Assembly: GCA_038063715.1 (NCBI GenBank)
Contig: JBBTUO010000017.1
Location: 22,518 to 86,517 of the forward strand
Direction of reading: 5' to 3'
Origin: Patescibacteria group bacterium
GTDB lineage: Bacteria; Patescibacteriota; Minisyncoccia; Phycocordibacterales; SIBU01
Length of the DNA stretch: 64,000 bases
Positions 55,818 through 64,000 of this stretch are shown piece by piece. The notes under the pieces were generated by a model. That model saw nothing but the letters and a program-made list of their open reading frames with translations, searched no databases and had not been told where the DNA came from. How positions within the stretch are numbered: the first letter of the stretch is position 1; each line of letters begins with the position of its first letter. A program made the position numbers and the translations under genes.

Positions 55818-57263
55818 CTAATCTTCAATAATCTTAAAATCGTCTGCTGAGTTTTTGGGTATAGCTGGAGCGGCTGGTTTAGGTAAAAAAGTAAAACCAA
55901 GTCCGAGAATAATAATACCCACAACACCGTACAACCATGGCGATAAAAAAGAAGATTGGTTTTCCTGATCAGCCAGCCCACCATCTTCACCGTTGACGGC
56001 GGCTTCTGCAACAGAAGCCGTCTGCAAAAAAGACCTAGAATCGCTTACACCTGGATAAATTACCGCAGGTGAAGCTTCCATCGGCTCTACCGAAACTTCA
56101 GAAATTTTAGGCGCCTCAACAACCTTAACATGATCCGCTACAGCATATGCCACTGATCCGTTAGGGTACAAAAGAGCGACATCCTGGTTATTGTTAATGC
56201 TTAAACCGGTTACTAATGCAGAAAGTGGCAATCGACTATTAGCCAAAATTTTCGTATTTTTGGGTAACGTAAAAAACTGATTACCGCTCCGAATCCTCCA
56301 CCAAGATAAATCTAGCTCTTGGTTCGAATTATTCACCAGATCCATCTTTCCCTCAGAACCATGCACAATAGCGTCAATTGAAAGATCGGCCGGAATAATC
56401 TTAATGCTTAAACGGCTTGTAGCACTGTACCTTCCCCCAGACGCGTCTAGTATAACCACGTACTCTCCTGGAAAATTATAACCGTGCAAAACTGACTCCC
56501 CTTCCTTGGTTGAGCCATCTCCAAAATTCCAAAGATAACGAGCATTTGCAAGTGGCTCTTTTTCAATGCCAATAGCTTCTCCACGCAATAAAATATCGGC
56601 GCCGCTGATAGCCGTCATTGGACCAATAATCCTCGAAAAAATTTGCGGCTCAACGGGCCAGCTTGAATTATTGCTCGTTGATGAGTCCTCATCCGCGTCA
56701 CCGCTACTGGTTGTCGTAGCCGATGATGAACTCGAACTTGAGGCTACCGCAGTATTTGCGTTGGCGGCTCCAGGTGTCGGCATAAGCGCTTTCCAAACAC
56801 CTGAAACAAGCTGAAGTGAATTACCATCACCTGTTGCTCCGACCGATGAGGCATACGTCACCGAATCTGCTGTTGTTGTAGTACTGGTTTTAATAGAAAT
56901 GACTTCTCCGGTATTGCTCAAGGAAAATGCGCTCTCGAAAATTGTCCCTGAAAATCCGGGCCAATCAACAATAAATTTGGTGGAATCATCTACAATCACC
57001 GCAAAACCACCAGCAGGAATAATTACATCTCCCTGAAAGAGTGTTAAAGAGTGATTTGTGTTAGCTTCAAAAAATTTCCAGGTAGATGTAGAAACCGTCA
57101 CCGCCGCCCCACTGGCATTAGTAATCTCAATCCATTCGCGTCCAGTATCAGTACCGGGCACATCGTACATAATCTCATTAATAACCACCTGCGCTGAAAC
57201 ACCATGGCAGAAGAAAAAACTGGCAAGAATAAGTAACCAAGTATTATTTTTGAGAATGCGCAT
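55818..57263 (-). CDS. Secreted lamin-tail-domain (LTD) protein with a Ser/Thr-rich linker and a C-terminal TM anchor
   Basis: A signal-peptide-like MRILKNNTWLLILASFFFCHGVSA is followed by the VVINEIMYDVPGTDTGREWIEITN LTD hallmark. The region ...SSSSSSSATTTSSGDADEDSS... is low complexity. A C-terminal hydrophobic helix is present. I chose the start at 57263. Confidence 0.62.
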   Translation of the reverse strand: MRILKNNTWLLILASFFFCHGVSAQVVINEIMYDVPGTDTGREWIEITNASGAAVTVSTSTWKFFEANTNHSLTLFQGDVIIPAGGFAVIVDDSTKFIVDWPGFSGTIFESAFSLSNTGEVISIKTSTTTTADSVTYASSVGATGDGNSLQLVSGVWKALMPTPGAANANTAVASSSSSSSATTTSSGDADEDSSTSNNSSWPVEPQIFSRIIGPMTAISGADILLRGEAIGIEKEPLANARYLWNFGDGSTKEGESVLHGYNFPGEYVVILDASGGRYSATSRLSIKIIPADLSIDAIVHGSEGKMDLVNNSNQELDLSWWRIRSGNQFFTLPKNTKILANSRLPLSALVTGLSINNNQDVALLYPNGSVAYAVADHVKVVEAPKISEVSVEPMEASPAVIYPGVSDSRSFLQTASVAEAAVNGEDGGLADQENQSSFLSPWLYGVVGIIILGLGFTFLPKPAAPAIPKNSADDFKIIED

Positions 57264-59076
57264 CGTGATCAACCTTAAGCAAGTTCCGTAATACATCTTC
57301 CGGTACCTCATTTCTTTTTGGGCCTGAATCAACAGGGTCGGCGCGTTTGACCTTTGGCTCTGCCGGCTTTGCAGATTGAGTTTGTTGCCTTGCCGCCTCC
57401 GAAATAGTCGACTTTTCTGACTCCTTGTCTTTCAAAAGATTCGAAAGTGCTTTGCGGAGCTCGGCCAAATTTTCTGGACCGATATTCTTGTTCTTCTTCA
57501 GAGGGTCTGGAGCTTTTAAATTGTTGAGTGAGATTGGCTGAGAAACAGGCGCTTGCGCTGTAACTTGTTTAGCTGACACAATAACCGGAGCTGGGCGAGG
57601 ACTTGCATGAACGGGTGATAACACCGGAGCAGAATGAGCTACTGGCTTCGATACATGTTTTACAGCATCCAACGGTCGTGGTGGCTGGGCAACCACGACA
57701 GGCTGACTTACAACCGGCTGCTCTTTTTTTACTGTCACCTTTTCAATAGGCTTCGCAAGCACCGGCGTAAGTGGCTGGTGCCATGCTCTTATATTTTCTT
57801 CAACGGTCGCGCGTGGTGCACCGAAATTTTTTCTAGAAGAATCGATAATCTGCTCTTTAAAAGACACTGTTTGAGCTTCAATCGGCGCCATAGTTGTAGC
57901 CGAGAAAGGCGTAGAGCCAACGCCGTCAATCATCAGTTTTAAGTAAATCTGGTGAATACCAAGATTAACGATATCTTCAAGTGTAAACTGTGGCGCAAAT
58001 TCTTTTTCCAACACTTCAGCATCATAAGCTCCCACACGAAAAGCCACCATCGTACCCACGTTGCCGAACACCGCGTCACGAACCTCCTCCTCCATTTGCT
58101 CTATATATTGATGCGCAATGGTGAGATTAAGCTTGTATTTACGAGCTTCAGAAAGAATATCGGCAAAACTTTTATTGGCGAACGACTGAAACTCGTCCAC
58201 ATACAAATAAAAATTTGGTAATTTATGAAGCTCCCCCGCCGAGGCATCTGCACGCGACATAGCAGCCAAATAAATTTTGGTAATAAGCATTGAACCCAGA
58301 AGATTTGCGTTCCCCTCACCCACTCGCCCTTTTGACAGGTTGATAATAAAAATCTTCTTCTCATCCATTATTTTACGAATATCAAAGCTCGATGCCGATT
58401 GACCGATGATATTCCTGATAAGCGGGTTCGATGTAAATTGCCCGACTTTATTTTGAATAGCAGGAGTTGCCTCTGCCGCATATTTGTCAGTATATTTTCC
58501 AAATTCGTCCACCCAAAAAGATTTCACCGACGGGTCTTTCACATTCTCGACGATTTTTTTACGATACTCCTTGTCTGAAAGCACTCGGTTGATGCCCAAA
58601 AGTGTCGAACCAGGATATTCGAGAAGCGCCAAAAGGGTGTTATTTAAAATATAAGCCATACGAGCCGACCACATGTCTTCCCAAATTTTTTCAAATGTCG
58701 ACATCAAGCCGTTGACCACCAAGTGGCGTCGGTCGATTCCCACATCTTCCATCACATTAAATGAAATCGGATGCTCCATGTCGAAAGGTGCGAAATACAA
58801 AACATCCTTTATTCTATTTTCTGGAACATACTCTAAAAGTTTCTCGGCAGTGCCACCGTGCGGATCAATAAACGCAACGCCTTCACCATTCTGAATATCC
58901 TGAATGGCCATATTTTCAAGCAAGGTAGACTTACCCATACCGGTTTTACCGATCACATACATGTGACGAGATCGATCCCTCCGTTTGATACCAAAGGGAG
59001 TTCTTCGGTTACGCGAATCGGTTTGAGCAAAATAGGTTACTTTATTGTCCTCGCTGTGGTCATTGTGATGAGACAT
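57244..59076 (-). CDS. TraD/TrwB/VirD4-like (HerA/FtsK superfamily) P-loop ATPase, putative type IV secretion/DNA-transfer coupling protein
   Basis: Walker A VIGKTGMGKSTLLENM, Walker B YLYVDEFQSF, and ARKYKLNLTIAHQ. The C-terminus is Pro/Val/Gln-rich and low complexity. Confidence 0.55.
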   Translation of the reverse strand: MSHHNDHSEDNKVTYFAQTDSRNRRTPFGIKRRDRSRHMYVIGKTGMGKSTLLENMAIQDIQNGEGVAFIDPHGGTAEKLLEYVPENRIKDVLYFAPFDMEHPISFNVMEDVGIDRRHLVVNGLMSTFEKIWEDMWSARMAYILNNTLLALLEYPGSTLLGINRVLSDKEYRKKIVENVKDPSVKSFWVDEFGKYTDKYAAEATPAIQNKVGQFTSNPLIRNIIGQSASSFDIRKIMDEKKIFIINLSKGRVGEGNANLLGSMLITKIYLAAMSRADASAGELHKLPNFYLYVDEFQSFANKSFADILSEARKYKLNLTIAHQYIEQMEEEVRDAVFGNVGTMVAFRVGAYDAEVLEKEFAPQFTLEDIVNLGIHQIYLKLMIDGVGSTPFSATTMAPIEAQTVSFKEQIIDSSRKNFGAPRATVEENIRAWHQPLTPVLAKPIEKVTVKKEQPVVSQPVVVAQPPRPLDAVKHVSKPVAHSAPVLSPVHASPRPAPVIVSAKQVTAQAPVSQPISLNNLKAPDPLKKNKNIGPENLAELRKALSNLLKDKESEKSTISEAARQQTQSAKPAEPKVKRADPVDSGPKRNEVPEDVLRNLLKVDHDAHSQK

Positions 59077-59085
59077 GTACCAAAA

Positions 59086-59094
59086 ATTATACCA
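59086..59094 (-). promoter_or_regulatory. Extended -10 promoter TGGTATAAT, 9 nt upstream of the ATPase ATG (leaderless-type)
   Basis: The minus strand reads ttctaaTGGTATAATttttggtacATG. Confidence 0.45.
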
Positions 59095-59096
59095 TT

Positions 59097-59148
59097 AGAA
59101 AGAAAAAATGAGAAAAAGGGAACCCCACCGAGCGAAAGCAGGGTGGGG
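59097..59148 (-). terminator. Intrinsic terminator for the GC-rich 66-aa gene
   Basis: The minus strand reads caccccacc-ctgctttcgctc-ggtggggtt followed by cccTTTTTCTCATTTTTTCT. Confidence 0.5.
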
Positions 59149-59174
59149 TGAACCAAGATCCCAAAACCGAATGA

Positions 59175-59375
59175 TCAACTTGTCTGGGTCGCCATGGCGG
59201 CGACAGCCGGCGAGGAAGAAGGAGAGCTGGGCCAGTGGCCATTCTCAATGTTCCGCAATTGCTCGCGATTGGCAACCGTGATGCGCCGCCGAACAATTTC
59301 CATTGCGACTTCTTCAGCGACTCCGACACGTTGATTGTTGTCGGCCATTCTGATAAACAAACGCCTTGCTGCCAT
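59175..59375 (-). CDS. Hypothetical small protein (66 aa), GC-rich, with a canonical Shine-Dalgarno site
   Basis: AGGAGtaaaattATG ribosome-binding site, its own terminator, and a GC content far above neighbouring genes. Confidence 0.4.
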   Translation of the reverse strand: MAARRLFIRMADNNQRVGVAEEVAMEIVRRRITVANREQLRNIENGHWPSSPSSSPAVAAMATQTS

Positions 59376-59507
59376 AATTTTACTCCTGGTTTCGGTTTAC
59401 CGCAGTTAGAGACCTACACTGAAACATGCGCACGAGCGCCGTCAGTGTCTCTGGATATTTATTCTATACGAAAAAATTTCTGTTGTCCACCACATTAATT
59501 AGAAACA

Positions 59508-59545
59508 AGGAGAAAAAAGAAAATCCCGACACCTGCGTGCCGGGA
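59508..59545 (-). terminator. Intrinsic terminator for the 159-aa GC-rich gene
   Basis: The minus strand reads tcccggcac-gcag-gtgtcggga followed by TTTTCTTTTTTCTCC, 20 nt after the stop at 59566. Confidence 0.5.
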
Positions 59546-59565
59546 CTAAAACGAGAACTGAAAGA

Positions 59566-60045
59566 CTAAGCGTGCACCCACTTCGGCTTCCAGTCAGGGA
59601 TAAACTTCGGGACCATTTCCACCTTGCTGGAAACAAGCGACCAGAGTTGCTGAACCTTCATCTGCAACTCATGCTGAGAAAAACGGAGAAGACGGGGCAA
59701 CCTCCGCCCGAAACGCTTGAGGGTTCTGCCGATACCCGCAGTCGCGCGAAACAGGCGAAAAATGAGATCGAATGTGACGCGACCGAGCGTAAGCCATGCC
59801 TTGGTGAGCTTGGTAATGGCGCTGCCAAATTCAGGCATTTGACCAGACCCATAAGCGCGCACGATCTTCCAAGCCGCCGCGACGGTCATGATTGGGCCAC
59901 CGAGAACTTTGATGAACTCCGCACGCTGTGCGTCGGAGAGCGACACTCGCCGTGCAAATGCTGATATCGCCTTTTGTGCGGGCGTCTCCCAAAGAGCGGC
60001 CCGTGCTACTTGTGCCTCTGCCGTGTCTACTGTGTCGGTGTCCAT
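59566..60045 (-). CDS. Hypothetical protein (159 aa), GC-rich, predicted alpha-helical
   Basis: Long ORF with coding-like composition. No family was recognised. Confidence 0.4.
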   Translation of the reverse strand: MDTDTVDTAEAQVARAALWETPAQKAISAFARRVSLSDAQRAEFIKVLGGPIMTVAAAWKIVRAYGSGQMPEFGSAITKLTKAWLTLGRVTFDLIFRLFRATAGIGRTLKRFGRRLPRLLRFSQHELQMKVQQLWSLVSSKVEMVPKFIPDWKPKWVHA

Positions 60046-60230
60046 GATGACTGTCAGTTTTGAGTTAGTTGTGAGAGTTCAATTCCAAGGCAGATAGTTT
60101 GACCTCCTACCCCAGACTCTCTGGAGTAATAGTATATATGAAAAAGCATTCCGTGTCAACGGCGGAAAATAATTGGAGCAACTTGTCAACCGCCCAACTC
60201 TTGTTGGCGAGCTGTCGTCGCATGACGGCA

Positions 60231-60267
60231 ACAGCCACCGAAAATTGTGGCAATTTTCGGTGGCTGT
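60231..60267. repeat. Perfect 17-bp inverted repeat with 3-nt spacer (ACAGCCACCGAAAATTG-tgg-CAATTTTCGGTGGCTGT)
   Basis: Read directly. It lies 23 nt beyond the stop of the DUF4015-like gene and is followed on the + strand by ttcaagaaatttt. Confidence 0.7.
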
Positions 60268-60289
60268 TTCAAGAAATTTTGGACCGTAC

Positions 60290-61585
60290 CTAATTGGGCA
60301 TCTTACTGTCTGCAATCACCTCTTTTGGTAAAAGCGCCCCCCGAGTGTAACGATTCCCCGCATTCCACAGCATCCAACTATCAAGTCCGGAGTCGTAAGT
60401 CGCCTGAATTTGTTTTTGCACCATATCAGCCGTGTAGGTCGCGCCTAAATTAAAATCCTGAAGCCACGGCCGAATTTTGTTTGCATCGTACGCTTTCTTT
60501 TTATACAAAAATGGTTTTGTTGATGTTGAAATAGGCTGTTGTCCAATCATAGCGACAGGGGTCGTGGTCGCGATCGTCCGCTTGACCGCCGCGTCCATTG
60601 AAAATTTAATTATTTCGTAAGGCTTGTCTGCGGGATTTTGAAAGCCCAAAAAATTACGCGGGTAGTGCGATGGGTACACCATCGGCGCGATGTAATCAAA
60701 ATATGGAAGTGCGTACTCAAGTACCTGACCGATATTTAAATCATCAGTATTGGTCGTCGTCATGCCAAACAAATCCGCGGAAAGCACTGCGCCAGTTGGT
60801 TCTAAATTCTTGTGCAGGTACGCAAAAAACTCTCTGAGAACCTCGGCTTTTGGCTTCTTACCGCTCCATGGGAACGCAATATCCTTCATGTTACCGTCGG
60901 AAGGAAATCTGACGTAATCAAAATTTAGTTCATCAAAACCCATTGCATAGGCTTCCTTACTGACTAAAATAGTATGGTCCCAAACATCCTTTGCACCAGG
61001 GTCAGTAAAATTAAGCCCTTTGTAATCTTTCCAAATGCCTCCATCGCTTGCACGCTTCACGGCAAGATCAGGTCGGAGCTTTACTAAATATGGATCTTGA
61101 AATACTGCGATGCGGGCAATAACGTAAATCCCCTTCTGATGAAGAGACTCGACAAATTTTTGCATATCCGGAGCATAACAACGGGGAGATAGTGCCGCCT
61201 TCAACTCTGGATTTTTTGAAACGTAGGAAAGTGTTCCGGTGGAATCCTTCACATCAATAACCACACTGTTGATTTCAGTCTTATCTATTAGATCAACAAG
61301 ATCAGCCCGAAACGATGGTGTGCCCGCCACACAACTAGTCATATAAATCGCCCTGACCGAAGATGGAATCGGTACATGAGTTGCCTCGAACTCCTTCTTC
61401 ATGGGTGTACTCGTCGCCAGAACCTTAACACCTTCATATCGAGTCATAAAAAATCCGGGAATAGCGAAATAGGTAAGTAAAAAAATGAAAAATCCGAGTG
61501 TCAAAAAAATAACTGCCCGCATCGCAAAGCGGTGCGGGTTTCGGGTGAGGTTCCTAAATAATTTAGACTGTTGGCGTATGGTCAT
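60290..61585 (-). CDS. Membrane-anchored TIM-barrel glycoside-hydrolase-like protein (DUF4015/GHL10-like)
   Basis: An N-terminal TM helix (AVIFLTLGFFIFLLTYFAI), then a VVIDVKD...YVIARIAVFQD...FDELNFDYVRFP pattern that I recall from the DUF4015 putative glycosidase family. The start position is uncertain (61585 or 61522). Confidence 0.45.
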   Translation of the reverse strand: MTIRQQSKLFRNLTRNPHRFAMRAVIFLTLGFFIFLLTYFAIPGFFMTRYEGVKVLATSTPMKKEFEATHVPIPSSVRAIYMTSCVAGTPSFRADLVDLIDKTEINSVVIDVKDSTGTLSYVSKNPELKAALSPRCYAPDMQKFVESLHQKGIYVIARIAVFQDPYLVKLRPDLAVKRASDGGIWKDYKGLNFTDPGAKDVWDHTILVSKEAYAMGFDELNFDYVRFPSDGNMKDIAFPWSGKKPKAEVLREFFAYLHKNLEPTGAVLSADLFGMTTTNTDDLNIGQVLEYALPYFDYIAPMVYPSHYPRNFLGFQNPADKPYEIIKFSMDAAVKRTIATTTPVAMIGQQPISTSTKPFLYKKKAYDANKIRPWLQDFNLGATYTADMVQKQIQATYDSGLDSWMLWNAGNRYTRGALLPKEVIADSKMPN

Positions 61586-61808
61586 CGGAATGAGAAGTGG
61601 GAGTGGCCACAGAATCGGATACTTTGGATTGTGATAGCTCGGTGCTGTGAGTAAGCAATCGTGATCCATATTTTACTGAAAGTACAATGCCACAAAGCCA
61701 TACACCTAAAATGGTAACAAAAAACTTGTTCCACACTGGTGGAAATCCAAGTACCGGAATAAGAATAAGCACAATACCAATTACTAAAATAATTTTTGCG
61801 TGCTTCAT
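61563..61808 (-). CDS. Hypothetical small membrane protein
   Basis: MKHAKIILVIGIVLILIPVLGFPPVW... has two hydrophobic helices. Evidence is weak. Confidence 0.3.
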   Translation of the reverse strand: MKHAKIILVIGIVLILIPVLGFPPVWNKFFVTILGVWLCGIVLSVKYGSRLLTHSTELSQSKVSDSVATPTSHSDDHTPTV

Positions 61809-61888
61809 GGGCAAATTATACCCCATTACCCTTAAAATGCTATACTGGTTAAAGACGCAAACTAACAATTAACCCGGAAAGGGTAACT

Positions 61889-62473
61889 ATGAGAATTTGG
61901 CAATTCAAGGCTTCAAAACATCCGGAGCGCCTTGCCGCTCGGTTAGCAAAGTTCAACGGTGGACAACTACTCCTCGAAACGGAGACTGGAACGTTTCGAG
62001 GGCAACTTGAGTCAATAGACCCCCTCACAAGCATCAAATGCTCTGGTGACGGAAAACTGGAATTTTCTCTGATCTGGCGGGCACAAAAAGTGACCCTTTC
62101 AAAATCAGTCTGGCATCCGAAATGGAAGTGGGAACTTGCCCAATGGAATTGGCACCATGCAAGTGGTCCTACTCCAATTAGAGGTTGCAGCATCCATGTC
62201 GAGATGACTGAAGGAAACGAAACTGGCCACCCCAACAAACAGGTGACCGAAGGGCTCACAGCCAAAGTTGCGCTTAAAAGGTTTTATCAGGACAAGAGCG
62301 CGTGGGGACACGGAATCCTGTTCCCAAAATGTCTGTTCTTTACGACTGACCGCGGAGAAAAAGGAACACTCTTCCAACCGCGGGACCCGAGAAACCTGGT
62401 TCTCAAGGAAGACGGCACAATCCTTGACCCCTCTCTCCCCGACGAGACTCCTCCCCCTCCTCCCACAAAATAG
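61889..62473 (+). CDS. Hypothetical protein (194 aa) with a C-terminal proline run
   Basis: ORF of 194 aa. No family recognised. Confidence 0.4.
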   Translation: MRIWQFKASKHPERLAARLAKFNGGQLLLETETGTFRGQLESIDPLTSIKCSGDGKLEFSLIWRAQKVTLSKSVWHPKWKWELAQWNWHHASGPTPIRGCSIHVEMTEGNETGHPNKQVTEGLTAKVALKRFYQDKSAWGHGILFPKCLFFTTDRGEKGTLFQPRDPRNLVLKEDGTILDPSLPDETPPPPPTK

Positions 62474-62511
62474 TGGGCGGGGGGATTTTTAACAAATGAT
62501 ATAATGACACT

Positions 62512-62838
62512 ATGGAAAACCTAGCAAACAAAAAATGTAAGGCATGCGAACTCGGCGAAGGCAAATTAAACGCCGATGATGTGAGCGCGCTCCTCGGACA
62601 CATACCCGGCTGGACTGTAATCAAAAATCACGAAATCATTCGCGAATTTAAATTTAAAAATTTTGCCGACGCCCTCGCGTTTGTAAACAAAGTTGGAGCG
62701 ATTGCCGAAACCGAAGGCCACCACCCCGACATCTCGTTCGGCTGGGGCTATGTAACAATCACCCTCTTCACCCACGCTGTCGACGGCCTTTCCGAAAATG
62801 ATTTTATCTTAGCGGCAAAAATAAACGAAATTAAATAA
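62512..62838 (+). CDS. Pterin-4a-carbinolamine dehydratase (PCD/DCoH)
   Basis: EGHHPDISFGWGYVTITLFTHAV is the conserved PCD core, 108 aa. Confidence 0.85.
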   Translation: MENLANKKCKACELGEGKLNADDVSALLGHIPGWTVIKNHEIIREFKFKNFADALAFVNKVGAIAETEGHHPDISFGWGYVTITLFTHAVDGLSENDFILAAKINEIK

Positions 62839-62963
62839 CTGACCTAAATATCAAAGTTCGTAATCTGGTAAACATAAAACACCGATTGTTTAACATTCTT
62901 ATAATTGATCGAAATAAAAAAACCGCCGAAGCACTTGCTCCGAACGGTGTGAAGAATTTGTGT

Positions 62964-63695
62964 TCACTCGAGAATTGAGAGTAGACCATGAACCTCCTCT
63001 ATTTTTCGGTCAATATGATCCTTGGGGAATTTCTCCTCTGCCCAGGCCGTTGAGAACGCCAACCGGCGCAGGAACCCGGTCTGGGTCTCGAGCATTGCTG
63101 TTGGTGTCATGTTCATCTCGTCGCCCAGACCGAAGAGGATCTGCTGCATCCAAACTCCGCCCAAGGCTTGGCTCAAGTCCGCATCTCGAAGAATCTGGCC
63201 GGACAAATCCAATTCACTCGATGAAACTGCGTAAGGGAATTGGGTGTCTCGGATCAATTTCTCGATGTCGACAAGATGATGCTTGTCTTCAGGCAGGACG
63301 TGCTTGCGCAGACCCCTTATCGCCCGTTCGATCTCGAGATCATCATGTCCGACGACACCGCTATGGTCGAAGTCGTGGAACATTGCTGCGATCAGAAGGT
63401 TTCTGACTCGCCGAGCCGACAGTTTCTCCGGCCTGCTCTGGTAATACTGGCAGGCCTCGAAACAACAACAGAACACATAAAAAATATGTCTGAAGTTGTG
63501 GTAGGGATTCCTCAGGTTTCGGGCCTTTTCAAACAGCACCTTGAAGTAGTGCCGCAAGTCCCCTTCGTAGAGGCCGTCTACATTGGTGATGATTTTCGGA
63601 ATGATTCCGCGATCCGTATGACCGAGATGTGGAGTGTTCATATTATCAAAAACCGCATGTATTTCCTGGGCCATTTGTTGTTTTGACTCTTGCAC
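62964..63695 (-). CDS. HD-domain metal-dependent phosphohydrolase-like protein
   Basis: YHNFRHIFYV ... LLIAAMFHDFDHSG gives an H..H ... HD pattern. The gene is GC-rich. Confidence 0.5.
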   Translation of the reverse strand: MQESKQQMAQEIHAVFDNMNTPHLGHTDRGIIPKIITNVDGLYEGDLRHYFKVLFEKARNLRNPYHNFRHIFYVFCCCFEACQYYQSRPEKLSARRVRNLLIAAMFHDFDHSGVVGHDDLEIERAIRGLRKHVLPEDKHHLVDIEKLIRDTQFPYAVSSSELDLSGQILRDADLSQALGGVWMQQILFGLGDEMNMTPTAMLETQTGFLRRLAFSTAWAEEKFPKDHIDRKIEEVHGLLSILE

Positions 63696-64000
63696 ATAGG
63701 TGCAAAAGCCAGCCCCTCTCTTAACTTCTTTCTTTATTCTAACATACTATAACTAAAAAAGCAAGGGCTCTAGTTTTTACGGCTTTACACCGATAATCCT
63801 GACCTCTTCTTAAATTCCTACGAATACCCTAGTAATTTTTTCGTTTTTTATTTTTGTTCAAGGTCCGACCTTGAATTTTATAGAAACAACAAGCCCCATG
63901 CCTTGTGCATGGGGCTGGGGTTTAACGATAACCTCCAAAACGGTTTAAGGAGTCGCTACTCCTGATCATCGCTATCATCGGGATCCGGCTGACAAGTGGC

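Noticed and set aside
55818-59076. Diversity-generating retroelement or other RT-based system near the LTD protein
   Set aside because: I found no reverse-transcriptase motifs (no YxDD-containing ORF) and no pair of about 100-bp near-identical template/variable repeats in the window.
60099-60293. 64-aa ORF spanning the 17-bp palindrome
   Set aside because: It is dominated by the inverted repeat, has no start context and overlaps the terminator-like region. I consider it non-coding.
62839-62963. Terminator hairpin between the convergent PCD and HD-domain genes
   Set aside because: A run of 7 T on the minus strand follows a GC-rich segment (ccgccgaagcacttgctccgaacgg). I could not find a convincing complementary stem, so I did not report it as a feature.

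Overview
This 64 kb window comes from a low-GC (about 40%) bacterial genome with tightly packed genes. Between about 5.0 and 55.8 kb it is almost entirely one very large surface-glycan (O-polysaccharide- or glycoconjugate-like) biosynthesis locus. From conserved motifs I recognise these sugar-nucleotide pathways: GDP-L-fucose (Gmd, Fcl, plus a second Fcl paralog); dTDP-6-deoxyhexose (RmlB/RmlA/RmlD, with no RmlC seen); a 3-amino-3,6-dideoxyhexose branch (FdtA-like ketoisomerase plus DegT aminotransferase); a GDP-heptose-like trio (HddA kinase, GmhB phosphatase, HddC nucleotidyltransferase, with no GmhA); a CMP-activated ulosonic-acid branch (NeuA-like cytidylyltransferase, NeuB-like synthase, TylF O-methyltransferase, a DUF115/Maf-like protein, and a distant KdsC-like phosphatase); and a UDP-GlcA to UDP-pentose branch (a short UGDH-like dehydrogenase, a UXS-like decarboxylase, an ArnC-like GT2, a GtrA-like protein and a GT-C). 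Export appears to be ABC-transporter dependent, through Wzm and a Wzt with an extended C-terminal domain. The locus also carries about 18 glycosyltransferases, among them an unmistakable GT11 alpha-1,2-fucosyltransferase and a GT10 alpha-1,3-fucosyltransferase. There are 7 methyltransferases, one of the NDP-sugar C-methyltransferase type. There are two NodU/CmcH O-carbamoyltransferases. A split transketolase sits inside the sugar operon. One GT4 gene contains a 4-copy heptanucleotide repeat. A Wzy-like O-antigen-ligase/TPR fusion is present. Several operon-leading genes have -10 hexamers 6-9 nt from the start codon, suggesting leaderless mRNAs. The 3' end (55.8-64 kb) holds a lamin-tail-domain secreted protein, a TraD/VirD4-like P-loop ATPase, GC-rich small genes each with its own terminator, a DUF4015-like TIM-barrel protein, a pterin-4a-carbinolamine dehydratase and an HD-domain protein. 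Four genes (118-1284, 40679-41341, 59175-60045, 62964-63695) are markedly GC-richer than their surroundings. The lamin-tail-domain protein, two GT-C membrane transferases, the dense glycosyltransferase content and the compact spacing resemble Candidate Phyla Radiation (Patescibacteria) genomes, but this lineage assignment is inference only. I recognised no rRNA, tRNA, CRISPR array, reverse transcriptase or transposase.
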